Below, piece by piece: positions 25,647 through 37,659 of a stretch of 64,000 bases of DNA. The notes under the pieces are model-generated. The model saw nothing but the letters and a program-made list of their open reading frames with translations. It was not told the origin of the DNA and did not search any database. How positions within the stretch are numbered: the stretch's first letter is position 1; every line of letters begins with the position of its first letter. Both the position numbers and the translations under genes were made by a program. Location: assembly GCA_043228905.1 (NCBI GenBank), contig JBHGNT010000010.1, positions 3,968,001-4,032,000 on the forward strand, written 5' to 3'. Origin of the DNA: Azolla caroliniana. Its lineage: Eukaryota; Plantae; Polypodiophyta.

Positions 25647-27918
25647 TACACAGAATCCTCTACTTTTGTTCCAGTTAATTTTCCCCCCTGATGCATTGCA
25701 AAACCACTCAATCCGTCCTTCAGCCTTCTATAAATTAGCATCATTCCCTTGCAAGTAAAGCATAGTGTCGTTTGCATACTCAGAGTCCAGCAACTCCTTA
25801 CTCGCATGTGGGATACCTAAACCTCTTATTCCTGCATCCGATTTGTTAAAAAAGAAAGAGAATGCCTCTGTAATAAATAAAAAAAGATAGGGGGCCAGCG
25901 GGCACCCCTGTCTAACAGACCTACGTAATGGAATCGATGGGCCACAATGCCCTGTCACTAACACCCTACTCGAACTTCCTTTGTAAAGGGCTAGCGCAGC
26001 TGATCGCCATTTTAAAGGTAAACCCAACCTTTCCATGACTTTATCTAAAAAAGGCCACTGAACTGTGTCATATGCCTTCTCGAAGTCAAGCATGAGACAT
26101 GCAATGTGTTGATTGGTTTTCTTTGCCAAGGCAATCGCCGCCCAAAATGTCAACACATTATCAATTATGCATCTGTTTTCCATGAACCCTGTTTGTCCAA
26201 CATGGATTAGTTCCTGCAGGTAGGGTTTTACCCTCTTGCCTTGTATATTAGCAAATATCTTATATATTGTGTTTAGCAGTGTGATTGGTCTCCATTGCCT
26301 TGCATCAATTGTTACACCTTGTACCTTAGGAATTAGAAATATCATCCCCTCTTGAAATTGCTCAAGTAAGTACCCAACATCCCATGCCTCCTTTAGTCCA
26401 TCAACCAAATCTGCCTTGATTATGTCCCAAATTTTTTCAAAAAAATCTCTTGATAACCCATCGGAATCTAGGTAGGACGTTCTACAAATACTTGCCAAAG
26501 CATCAACCACCACCTCCTCCAAGAGAGGCCTCGCCAAATTAGCTTGAGCCGCATTTGAAATTTTATGTTACATTCCCTCTAGCACATATTCCATCATAGC
26601 AGGTTGTTCGGGGCTATTGTAACTATCCGAAAGCAACTCATGATAGTGTGAGGTGACCACCTCCAAGATCTCTGAAATATCCTCCGACATAGAGCCATCT
26701 TCCTTAACCAGCTTCGGATTGTAGCTATAGTTTGTTCTAGGTTGTTTATGCATGAAAAATTGTTTATTCACCTTATCCCCATTTTCGCTCCACCATGGCG
26801 CCGAACTCCTAAATAACATCATATTTCTGGATGCAATCAAACATTGCAACGTTTCTCTGGCAACCTCGAGGCTTGCCCTAGACCATTGGCATCGGGGATC
26901 TTTCTGTAGTAGCCTTTGGGCAGCCGCTATTGATCTCCTTAAACACATTTCTTCCTCCTTAGACCTCGCAATTCTACTTTTCGTCGCCTTATGGAGATAA
27001 GTTGATGTTTCGATAATCTTCCCTCGAAGTTTATCAAGTGTGCCACACCCAACCAAATTGCTTTCCCATATACGCCTTATGTTTCTACTCACCTCCACAT
27101 CCTCAAAAAGTTTTTTGTTGATCCTCACATTGCAGTCCCTTGTTAGTCTCCTCTAAGTTTCTAGCGTTATCTTAACCGGCATATGATCAGAGTAGGCTGA
27201 AACTACAATGATTTCAACATTGGTTCCAAATTTTTCTAGTGCCAGACTGATGTATATTCTGTCTATGTGTGACATGCAAAAGCCATGCATACTGCAACCT
27301 GCTCTCGAAAAACATAGCGAACTTCAAGGCTTTTTTATTACATGCCAGACATCTTTCACCCCCATTCGACCCATCAGCAAATCCCACTCAACAAGCTCAG
27401 CCCCCTACACCAACATTGGCATACCCCCCCCCCCCCACCTTGTCCTCTTTGTATAAAGTCATGTTAAAATCCCCAGTAAGGATCCATGCATCTGCCGTCG
27501 GCAGACCATTGGCCAATTGCCTCCAAAAAAGGGCCCGTTTCGTTGACGAATTGGGCGCATACACATTTATTATGTCAATTAGACATTGGGCCCATCTAAT
27601 AGTCACATAGATGGCACGTCCCTCCACTATGGTGTCATGACCCACCACAACAACATCTGAAGACTTCCTTATAGATGTACAAACACCCCCTTTCCTACCG
27701 TGCTCACCTTGATCTGGGGATCAGAACGTTTGTCAATCTCCCTCAAGAGGATTGCCAATATTCAAGATCCTATTCACACTTAGATGGTGCTCTTGCAGCA
27801 ACAATATATCCGGGGCCCCCTTGAAACTTGGGGATTTGAATTCCTATCGGAAATTCTTCCTCTCCAACATACATTTGCTACCCCCTAGACCTTGTATGTT
27901 CCATGTGAATAATTTCAT
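25647..27918 (-). pseudogene. LINE ORF2, 5' part (APE endonuclease + reverse transcriptase), degenerate
   Basis: MKLFTWNIQGL, LLQEHH, INVYAPN, WILTGDFN, SDHMP; RT motifs WRPITLLNTIYKI, LDFEKAYD, RQGCPLAPYLF and YAND (mutated YADD). Confidence 0.92.
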
Positions 27919-28203
27919 CAAAACATGAGTGAAGCCTCCCATGACGGACAAAGGCCCTCATCTTGAGTCCACCCCCAACCGCCCTTACTGAGCCTCTCCC
28001 ATCCCACCACAACATCCTGCCGCATTGCATCCTCTATTTCCTCCTCATGGAAGTGCAATACCTCATCGAAGGAGTCTACCCTATCTTCTATGCTTAGTAG
28101 CAACTGTTTTTTAATGCATGAATCATTGACCCTCCCACAGATCATTTTAGCATTCATCCACATCACTCTCCAGTTATCTCCATTCGAAGTGATGGGCAAA
28201 TTG
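27918..28203 (-). pseudogene. LINE ORF1 3' remnant
   Basis: 93-aa ORF whose TGA overlaps the ORF2 ATG (TGATG). Assigned from position only. Confidence 0.5.
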
Positions 28204-28777
28204 TTACATGATAGTCAAAGGAAAATTAAGGTGTGCATACTTGTTACTTGGTTGTTTTTTATTTGAGTCTTTACTTAAAATATTTTTATTAATAATTACT
28301 TACTTGTTTTTATGTATTTTATATGTATAGGAATCATGTTGATTTTTGACAAGTTAATGACAATAGTGGTTCCAATTGGAGATCTTCAAAGTCATTGTAA
28401 TTTTTATTACATACTGTTTACTATTTTGTTTTTTATTCAATTCTTTAAATTTGTTATTACGAATTACTTAATTCTTTTGCATATTTTATACTTTCAGGAA
28501 TCCCTTATTCAAACATTGGAAACAAAAAGCTGGATTAAGTTTACATATATGGTCCTATGGATTTGGAACTCTATTATATGGATTGTTGTTCTTAAGTTAC
28601 ATATATGGATTTCAACATATATAGATTTGAAGTTTGAACTCTATTGTATGGATTTTTGTTATCATTCTAAAAAACATTTATCTTTCTATGTTATATCTTA
28701 TCATTTTTCACAAATTAGCAATTTTCAGAAAATGTGTTGTAAATTTATGTTATTTTATAGTGTTCTAGTCTTTGATT

Positions 28778-28991
28778 TGGTTCAATTTATAGTTTCGTGT
28801 TGGATGGATTATGTCAAAAACAATTTGGTTTGGTTTGGTTATGATGTATGATAAACTGGTTTGGTTCTACATTTTATGTAAACGGTTTGGTTTAAATGGC
28901 TTCAAAAATTTTAAATGGTTTGGTTTGGTTTTTATTATGAATAACTGGTTTGGTTTGGTTTGGTTTGGTTTCAATGTCAAGAAACCGAACC
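28778..28991. repeat. hAT right subterminal repeat array (TTGGT/CGGTT, largely CpG-decayed)
   Basis: Runs of TTTGGTTTGGTT leading into the right TIR. Confidence 0.8.
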
Positions 28992-29589
28992 GCGCCCATT
29001 GCTAGTTCTAGGCATTCGTTTGTGGCATACAACTAACAAGGGCCCCGTTTGCCATGGAGGGCAAGTATGAATCCATAAAAAAGATAGTAGTGTGGTTTAC
29101 TTGAGAGTTTTGAGCCATTGGCTAATGGTAAAGCCTCCAGGGTGAAATAAGATGATTTTGATTTGGTTGCTTGATCCTTGAGTCATGTTGGCGTAAGCCC
29201 TTGTACAATCCAATAATTGGGGCGTTTGTGTAATCAAGTTTGTTTCAACTCTCTTATCCTAAATGTCTATTATGACATATAGCCAAGGAGAAGAAATGTC
29301 TTTCTTCCTCTTCAAGTGCACCCTCACCCCTCAATCAACTGTCAAGTTAGAGGTTTTGTTGAGGAAGATAAGTGGATTTGGAGAATCAATAAACCATTCC
29401 TTCATGTAAACCAAGAAGTGCCCATAGTCGAAGACTAGGAGGAGCCAACTGTTTGGGCCGAGTATCGATGGTTGAAGAGTCGACTGTGAGAAAGTCGACA
29501 GAAAGGAGATCCAGGTCAAAGATGCAACCGACTAGTCGGGCTGACCAGATGGTCAATGACCAGGCCGACTAGTCGGACTGGCTGGACAG

Positions 29590-30037
29590 TGTTAATCCTT
29601 AGGGCCGGACAATGGCCTAACACAGGGTGTCTCCGGAAGACACTTCACCAAAGGGTGTTACGGTGAGATAACTTAAGACACAACGATTACTTCGACTTAA
29701 TTAGCTACTTAGCAATACGGCATACACTTAACACACGCGTAAGATATAACAATTAATTCAGAACGGTAATCAATTCATGAAGATAAAACAAGAAGCTTAT
29801 ATTAATTCTCCGTTAAAGTTATACAATTGTAACCGGACCTTTATTTAGGTCACCGGTGCTGCGTACAAAACGGTGCCAACTGGCACCTGTTCGGAATCGG
29901 TCCGGATACGGATCGGCATACCGATTCCGGTCCGTCCGTTCACTACATAATTATAATCTAATCTACTTAATTAAACATATTCCGAATAACCATCCCTTTC
30001 ACATTCTGTTCTCTGCTCCTTTGCCATCCGGGTAACA
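29590..30037 (-). repeat. Gypsy C 3' LTR
   Basis: Direct repeat of 60534-60980 with roughly 20+ differences by eye. Confidence 0.93.
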
Positions 30038-32147
30038 CATGGCACGCTCGTGGGATAGTACCTTGTACGTCGAATCCCACTATCCGGCCCTTAGCCTTCG
30101 TCCAAGATGTCCAGAATACTTTGCTCCAGGGTATCCAATGGTTGTTCGGAATTCGGTTGTTGTTGTTGTTGTTGTGGCTGCGGTGGCTGTGGCTCCTCCG
30201 ACTGTTGCTCCTGAGCGGCCGTCTGTTCGGCTCCCGGTACCGACGGTTGTGGCGGTGATTCCTCCGTTAGCTACTCCGCTGGATTTGACTCCGGTTTACT
30301 CGTCCCGGCCTTGTCTCCGTCTGGTCCTTGCTTCGGTGATGGCTCCTCATCGCTGAGGTTGACGGTCGCCGCCTGCTTTGCTTCTTCTCTCCGTACCCTG
30401 GTCCGTTCATAGCTCTCAAACTGGATTTGCGCATCCAGTCGATCATCATCTAGTTGGGCTACAAGTTGCCGGACCACTGCTGCCTGCTCCTCCACCAGAG
30501 TTATAAAATCTTCGGCTAACTCCTCTCTGATGGCGGTGAAGTCCTCCTTCGTTAGCATGTAGCAGTCGTCGCCGTCCTTCTACCGGTTTTCCGCATCTGC
30601 CCGTAGTAACTGGAGCTCGGCTGTGTGCTTTGCCCATTTGTCCCACCATTGCGTGGAGCTTTCGTCAATCAAGCATTTGGTCTTGTTCCTCCATGCTTGG
30701 ACAATGAATTGGATCCGCTCCAATCCCATCTTTGATTTGTCCTCCGCGGCTTGCCGTTCGTCCTTCAACTACTTGATGAGTGCCACCGTATCCACCTCCT
30801 GCTCCCGGTAATGTGACAGTTGGGTTTGATAAGTGTTCTGCAGCCTTTGCAAGATCATCGTCGCTCTTTCCTTCTCTTCATAATGCTGCTCCATCCGTTC
30901 TTGCGCGGCTTCCTCCAGCAGCGTGGTTCTTTCAACCCATTCCTCCACCAACGCTGTCTCAACCCGATGTACCTCCTGTCGGAGCTCTGCCATCTTCTCC
31001 TGCTGTTTCTTATGCTCCGTATCCAGGTGCTTGTAGTCCCGGTGCAGGTGCTCAAAATCATCGGTTTTCTGCTTCAGCTTTTGGTTGAGTTGCCGGCGAG
31101 CGCGGTCTTCTCGGTCCTTTTGCTAACGGAGTTCTTCTTTCAGCCTTTCGATCTTTGTTTCCGCCAGCCGTCGCAGCTTCTCCTTTTCTTGCAGCGCCTT
31201 CTCTTTCTCCTCCTTCAGCCAGTCGTAGGCCTGATGTCCTTTCCGCAGATTCTCTTTTGCCCGACGGAGGTTCTCAGCAGTCTTTCGTTGCTCTTCTTCT
31301 GCCGCTTTCTTCAAGTCTCGCTCTCGGGTGCGTAATGCTTCCTGTGCGGCCAGTTCATCTCTTAATTCAACAAGCTCTTTTGCTTGCGCTGCCACTATCT
31401 CCGGGACTGTTTCCGTTTCCGGGGTCTTATTGCTATGTACAATTGCTGGTGCTTCTTTATTCTGTACATCGACCGGGGTCACCGGTGCTTGGAGCTGTGG
31501 TCCGGTTAAGGCCATTTTGGCCAATTCTTCTATGGCCAGGTCCAAGTCTTGTTCTAGGCTCCGGATCCTTGACCGGGCCGTCTCTAGTTCTCCGGTTGTG
31601 ACGAGCAACCGGTCCATCTGCGCTTTCTCTTCCGCCTCTATGTAGTGTACCACTCCGACAATCTGTTCTCCAATCCACCGGAGCCATTGGCTTCCGGTGC
31701 CCTATTGTTGCGTCTGCCCGGAGGGTTGGCTGTTGGTGTCGCTGGTCAGTGGTCGGTTTTGTCAGTTGCATTGAGCTGCAACTCTGGCTCTTGTTGGTGA
31801 CCAATTTGCAGTTCTGGTAGCGGCTCCGTTAGCCGCTCCGCCTGTGAATGCTCTTGGCCTGCCGGTGGGGTCGGCAATTGTACTTCCAGTGCTTGCATAT
31901 CGGGTCTTGCCGTATCCTGACCCGCCGGTAGAGGTTGTTGTGTAGGGGGCTCTGTGGCCGGTTCTGTCCGAACCGGTTCCGGTTCCATCCTTGGTGCGGG
32001 CTACTCAGGGCGGGGTACAGGCGTTCCATCCTTCTTTGGGTCCGAACGCTCCCTGGCATGTTCGGAGGTGCTTGCCTTCTAGTGCCACTGGATGTGCTCT
32101 AACGGTTCCTCCTCCGTTTCCTCTTCCGGAGTCCCGATGTTGATTTT

Positions 32148-35100
32148 TGTTGGGATTACGGTCCCTCCGGATGGGATGGTCAGATGTCCGGGAATCGGGA
32201 ATGAAGACCCGAATGAGGAGTACCCGGTATCGGAACCGGATGATGAAGACCCGGTTTCGGATCCGGATGATGAAGACCCTGGCTACGGAGCCGGATGACG
32301 AATGTACCCGGAGAGAGATCCGGATGCGGGGACATATTTGTGAATATGTTTGCCAAGGGCCCTCTAGGCTATATTTGTAAATAGCCCGAAAGTCATATGT
32401 GTATAAATATGACTTACGGCAAACAGTTTTGTTGTTGTTGCTCATTTTTCTGTTTTCCACTTAGAGGGAGCGAAGTGAGAGCAGCCGAGAGAGAGAGTGA
32501 GAGAGAGAGAAAGGAAGAGGTCGACGCCTCTGTGTAATACCGCCGCCTGTGGCGAGGACAGCGAGCTCAAGGTCGTCGCCTTGCAGCTCGCCATTGTACA
32601 TTCCCTGCATATAGTGATAGTTGGAGTCTTGCACTCCCGTGGTTTTTCCCGTCTAGGGTTTTCCACGCTAAACCCTGTGCATTCGAGTCTCTCTCTGTGT
32701 TTTCGATTTACTGCTGCATTGACTCGTGTTTCCTCGGTTGTGGCCGAGAGGTGAAGGTTTTGAAAGCGTCGATTTCTAACAATCTGGTATCAGAGTGACT
32801 GCAGTGCAGAAAATGGAAGGCGGCAGCAGCGGGCAGCCGGGGATGATGGTGCTGAATGCGCAGAACTACGCCGACTGGAAGATAAAGATGGAGGATCTGC
32901 TCATTGTTCGGGACCTGTATGAACCGATCGACAGGTCGGAAATACCCAAGGGGGTACTTGAGACGGAATGGAGGCTTCTGAACCGGAAAGCCGTTGCAAC
33001 CATTCGGCAATACGTCGACGTGAGCGTTCTACAACATGTGGCGAACGACACCAACGCATATGAGATGTGGCAGAAGCTGTCGGGCCTCTACGAGAGGAAG
33101 AATGCGTTGAACCGGACCTCCCTGATGAGGAAGATAGTGAACCTCAAGTACCGGGACGGCGAGAGTATGGTGGAACACGTAAGCACGTTCATGGGATTCG
33201 TGAACCAGCTTGCGGCGATCAAGTTCCCGTTGGAGGATGCAATGCAAGCCATCATGCTGATGTGTACATTGCCGGAAAGCTGGGAGAAGTTGGTGGTGAC
33301 TCTCAGCACCTCCTGCACCGAAGATAACTTGTCCCTACAAACGGTAAAGACAAGCATTTTGAACGAAGAAGCGCGTCGGAGAGATAAAGAACCGGCCTCC
33401 GATCCGAAGATGCTGCTTACCGAATCGGATCGGGGAAGACAACGGAACCGGAGTCCGCAAAGACGGGAGAAGTCGGGGACCCGGTCGCAGTCAAGAGGAA
33501 GGCCCACATGCTTCCACTGTGGGAAGCCGGGGCACTTCCGAAAGAATTGTCGGCATTACCGAAAAGACAATGGAGCCGACGACACCGATTCGAAGAAGTC
33601 TTCGGAACGGAACGGTGCTTACCGGGGAGCCACGGACCGGAATGGTTCGGATCGGCGAGGGCAGGACCGGAAAGGAACAACGGCACTCGCGGCAAGTGAA
33701 GAGGAGATCATGCTCATCACCGAAGAAGGTGAACTAAACATTGCCGGCGATGAGACTACCTGGGTGGTCGATTCCGGAGCGTCGTTCCACCTGACCCCGG
33801 AAAGAAGATACTTCTCATCCTACACAGCCGGTGAGCATGGCTGTGTTCGGATGGGAAATGAAGGTACGTGCCGGATTGCCGGCATAGGAGACGTGTGGTT
33901 GACAACCTCGACCGGATGCAAAATGTTGCTGAAGGATGTCCGACACGTTCCGGAGGTTCGATTGAACCTGATTTCGGCCGGGAGGCTAGACGATGAAGGC
34001 TACACAGGTAGCATCCGGAACTGCGTAATGAAGTTCAGCAAGGGGAGCCTGATAGTGGCTCGGGCCCGGAAAGTCAACACACTGTACCTTATGAATGCCT
34101 GGTTGTGTCCGGAGGAGTTGAACGTGGCAGCCGACACTGCCGGTGAGCTGTGGCACAAGAGACTGTGCCACATGAGTGAGAAGGGGATGAAGAGGCTTGC
34201 AGAAGACAACCTTATTCCAGTGAAGCATGTGCACCTGGAGAAGTGCACCGATTGCCTGGCCAGTAAGCAGAATCGAACCTCCTTCCACTCAAGGCCACCG
34301 ACGAGACGTAGCGCACCATTGGAGTTGGTGCACACTGACGTGTGTCAAGTAGAAACGAAGTCACATGGCGGAGCCCAGTACTTCGTGACATTCATTGATG
34401 ACCACAGCCGGAAGCTGTGGACGGCACCGTTGAAGACAAAGGACCAAGTGTTGTGCGTCTTCAAAGAACTCCACGCGAGAGTGGAAAGGGAATCCGGCAA
34501 GAAGCTGAAAGCGATACGAGCGGATAACGGAGGGGAATACCGGGGGCAGTTCGAGGAGTACTGTCGCTCGAAGGGAATCCGGCTCGAGTTTACTGTGCCG
34601 AAGACGCCGAAACTGAACGGGCTGGCCGAGAGGATGAAACGGACCATAATGGAGAGGGTCCGGAGTATGCTGGCGCATGCGAAATTACCCAAGGGGTTTT
34701 GGGCTGAGGCAATGTCGACGGCGACATACGTGATCAACAGATCACCCTCAGTACCTTTGGACGGAGACACGCCGCAGAGAGTGTGGACCGGTAGGGAAGT
34801 ATCCTACCGGCATCTGAAGGTGTTCGGGTGTCTCGCATATGTGCATGTGGCAAAGGACCGGAGAGGAAAGCTAGATCCAAAGACCCGGCCATGCATATTC
34901 CTCGGTTACGGCGATGACGAGTTCGGCTACCGAGTATGGGACCCGGTCGACAAAAAGATATTCCGGAGTCGTGATATCATCTTCATGGAGGACAAGACAC
35001 TCGCCGACTGGGAGTCAGAGAAGAAGATGAAGAGCTCCAAGTCGACCGGTGAGGATCAACTCTACGAGGAGTAGTCCCGACTGGCAAGGGACCGGTTAGC

Positions 35101-37525
35101 ACTTGAGGATCCGGCCGAAGACGGTGAAGAAACAGAACCGGCCGAGGAAGATGAAACTGATACCGAAACCGGCCCCGATCCCGAAATGGATTCGGATGAA
35201 GAGGAAACGGAGGAGCCGGTTACCGAAGCTCCGGAACGGAGATATCCTCTGAGAGAGAGAAGGGCCCCCCGGAGATTTCCGGAACCAGAGCACGTGCTGC
35301 TAACCGACGAGGGGGAGCCGGAGAGTTTTGAAGAAGCAAAGCTTGACACCCATAGCCACAGGTGGTTAAGTGCCATGCAGGAGGAGATGGATTCCCTGCA
35401 TGAGAACCACACATATGAACTTGTGGAGTTGCCGAAAGGAAAGCGGGCACTTCGAAACAAGTGGGTGTTCAAGCTGAAACCGGGAGATGCCGGAAACCCC
35501 CCGAGATACAAAGCCAGGATCGTGGTGAAGGGGTTCCAGCAGAAGAAGGGCGTCGACTTCGACGAGATATTTGCCCCGGTAGTGAAGATGACCTCCATCC
35601 GCACGGTGCTGAGCATAGCGGCAAGCATGGACCTCGAGGTAGAACAGATGGACGTGAAGACGGCATTCCTTCACGGTGACCTCGAAGAAGAGATCTACAT
35701 GCAGCAACCGGAAGGATTCGAGAAGAAAGGGAAGGAGCACCTGGTATGCCGGTTGAAGAAGAGCCTTTACGGACTGAAGCAAGCTCCCCGGCAATGGTAC
35801 CGGAAGTTCGACTCTTTCATGACTGACGAAGGGTACCACAAAATGCAGTCCGATCACTGCGTGTTTGTGAAGAAGTTCGAAGGAGGAGACTTTCTAATAC
35901 TCCTCCTGTACGTGGACGACATGTTGATCGTCGGACGGGACCAGGTCAAGATACGGATGCTGAAGAAAGCGCTTCACCGAACCTTCTCAATGAAGGACCT
36001 GGGTCCGGCGAGGCAAATACTAGGGATGCATCCGGGACCGGAAGAAGAAGCAGTTGTGGCTGTCACAGGAGAAGTACGTGACAAAGGTGCTTCACCGGTT
36101 CAACATGTCGGAAGCAAGACCGGTCGGGTCAACCCTCCCGACAAACTGCAAGTTGTCCAGCAAGCAAAGCCCCAAGACAAAGGCTGAGAAGGAGGACATG
36201 ATGAAAGTACCATATGCCTCTGCCGTCGGAAGCTTGATGTACGCAATGGTGTGTACAAGACCGGACATAGGATATGCAGTCGGAGTGGTGAGCCGGTACA
36301 TGAGCAATCCCGGCAAAGAGCACTGGAACGCGGCCAAGTGGATACTCCGATACCTGAAGGGCACGACAAACGTGTGCCTCCGATTCGGCTCCGGTAAGCC
36401 CGAACTCGACGGCTTTACCGATTCGGATATGTCGGCTGATGCAGATACCAGCCGGTCCACATCAGGGTATGTGATGACGTATGCAGGGGGAGCTGTTTCG
36501 TGGCAGTCGAGGCTGCAGAAGATGGTTGCGTTGTCAACCACGGAGGCGGAGTACATGGCGGCTGTTGAAGCCGGCAAGGAAATAATATGGATGAAGGACT
36601 TCATTAGAGAGCTCGGTATCCGGCAGGAGGAGTACCGACTCTACTGCGACAGTCAGAGTGCCATCCACCTTGCGAAGAATGCGGCCTATCACTCCCGGAC
36701 GAAGCACATCCAGCGAAGATATCACTGGATCCGGAAAAGGATAAAAGACCAGGAGTTCGTGCTGACGAAGATCCACACGGACGAGAACGGGTCAGATATG
36801 CTGACCAAAGTGCTCACACCTGACAAGCTGGAAGCGTGCCGGAAGAGGGTCGGACTGGAAAGACATCCCATGCCGAAGTGAAGGGGGAGTTTGTTGGGAT
36901 TACGGTCCCTCCGGATGGGATGGTCAGATGTCCGGGAATCGGGAATGAAGACCCGAATGAGGAGTACCCGGTATCGGAACCGGATGATGAAGACCCCGTT
37001 TCGGATCCGGATGATGAAGACCCCGGCTACGGAGCCGGATAACGAATGTACCCGGAGAGAGATCCGGATGCGGGGACATATTTGTGAATATGTTTGCCAA
37101 GGGCCCTCTACGCTATATTTGTAAATAGCCCGAAAGTCATATGTGTATAAATATGACTTAGGGCAAACAGTTTTGTTGTTGTTGCTCATTTTTCTGTTTT
37201 CCACTTAGAGGGAGCGAAGTGAGAGCAGCCGAGAGAGAGAGTGAGAGAGAGAGAAAGGAAGAGGTCGACGCCTCTGTGTAATACCGCCGCCTGTGGCGAG
37301 GACAGCGAGCTCAAGGTCGTCGCCTTGCAGCTCGCCATTGTACATTCCCTGCATATAGTGATAGTTGGAGTCTTGCACTCCCGTGGTTTTTCCCGTCTAG
37401 GGTTTTCCACGCTAAACCCTGTGCATTCGAGTCTCTCTCTGTGTTTTCGATTTACTGCTGCATTGACTCGTGTTTCCTCGGTTGTGGCCGAGAGGTGAAG
37501 GTTTTGAAAGCGTCGATTTCTAACA
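32148..37525 (+). mobile_element. Ty1/Copia element D (young, full length)
   Basis: 634-bp LTRs 32148-32781 and 36892-37525, with about five substitutions by eye. TSD ATTTT (32143-32147 / 37526-37530). iMet PBS at 32785-32795. PPT AAGGGGGAG. Confidence 0.97.
32813..36881 (+). pseudogene. Copia D gag-pol; one stop (35072-35074) and one frameshift (~36030)
   Basis: CFHCGKPGHFRKNC, VDSGAS, INT, YVDD, RNase H. Small deletion at LGMH relative to element B. Confidence 0.95.
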
Positions 37526-37659
37526 ATTTTCACTGCCAAGGGGTCCGACGCTTGTTGAACCGGTCGGCTAAGCCTGATCTTGATTGGCCACACCGGTGGC
37601 TCCTCCTGCGTTTTCGCCTGCCGCTTCCTGTTGGCGCGCTCCTTTGCCGCATGGTCTGT

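Larger units (their letters stand above)
12085..28203 (-). mobile_element. 5'-truncated L1-like LINE, interrupted by Copia A
   Basis: Poly(A) tail seen as a T-run at 12084-12092. Probable TSD TTACAT (12079-12084 / 28204-28209). EN, RT and zf-RVT domains lie on the minus strand. Confidence 0.88.
7686..29004 (+). mobile_element. hAT-superfamily DNA transposon (~5.2 kb without its nested LINE/LTR insertions)
   Basis: TIRs TAGCAATGGGCACGGTT (7686) and AACCGCGCCCATTGCTA (ending 29004), 1 mismatch. 8-bp TSD GTTCCAGG (7678-7685) / GTTCTAGG (29005-29012). Subterminal AACCG/CGGTT/TTGGT arrays and an internal transposase. Confidence 0.93.
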
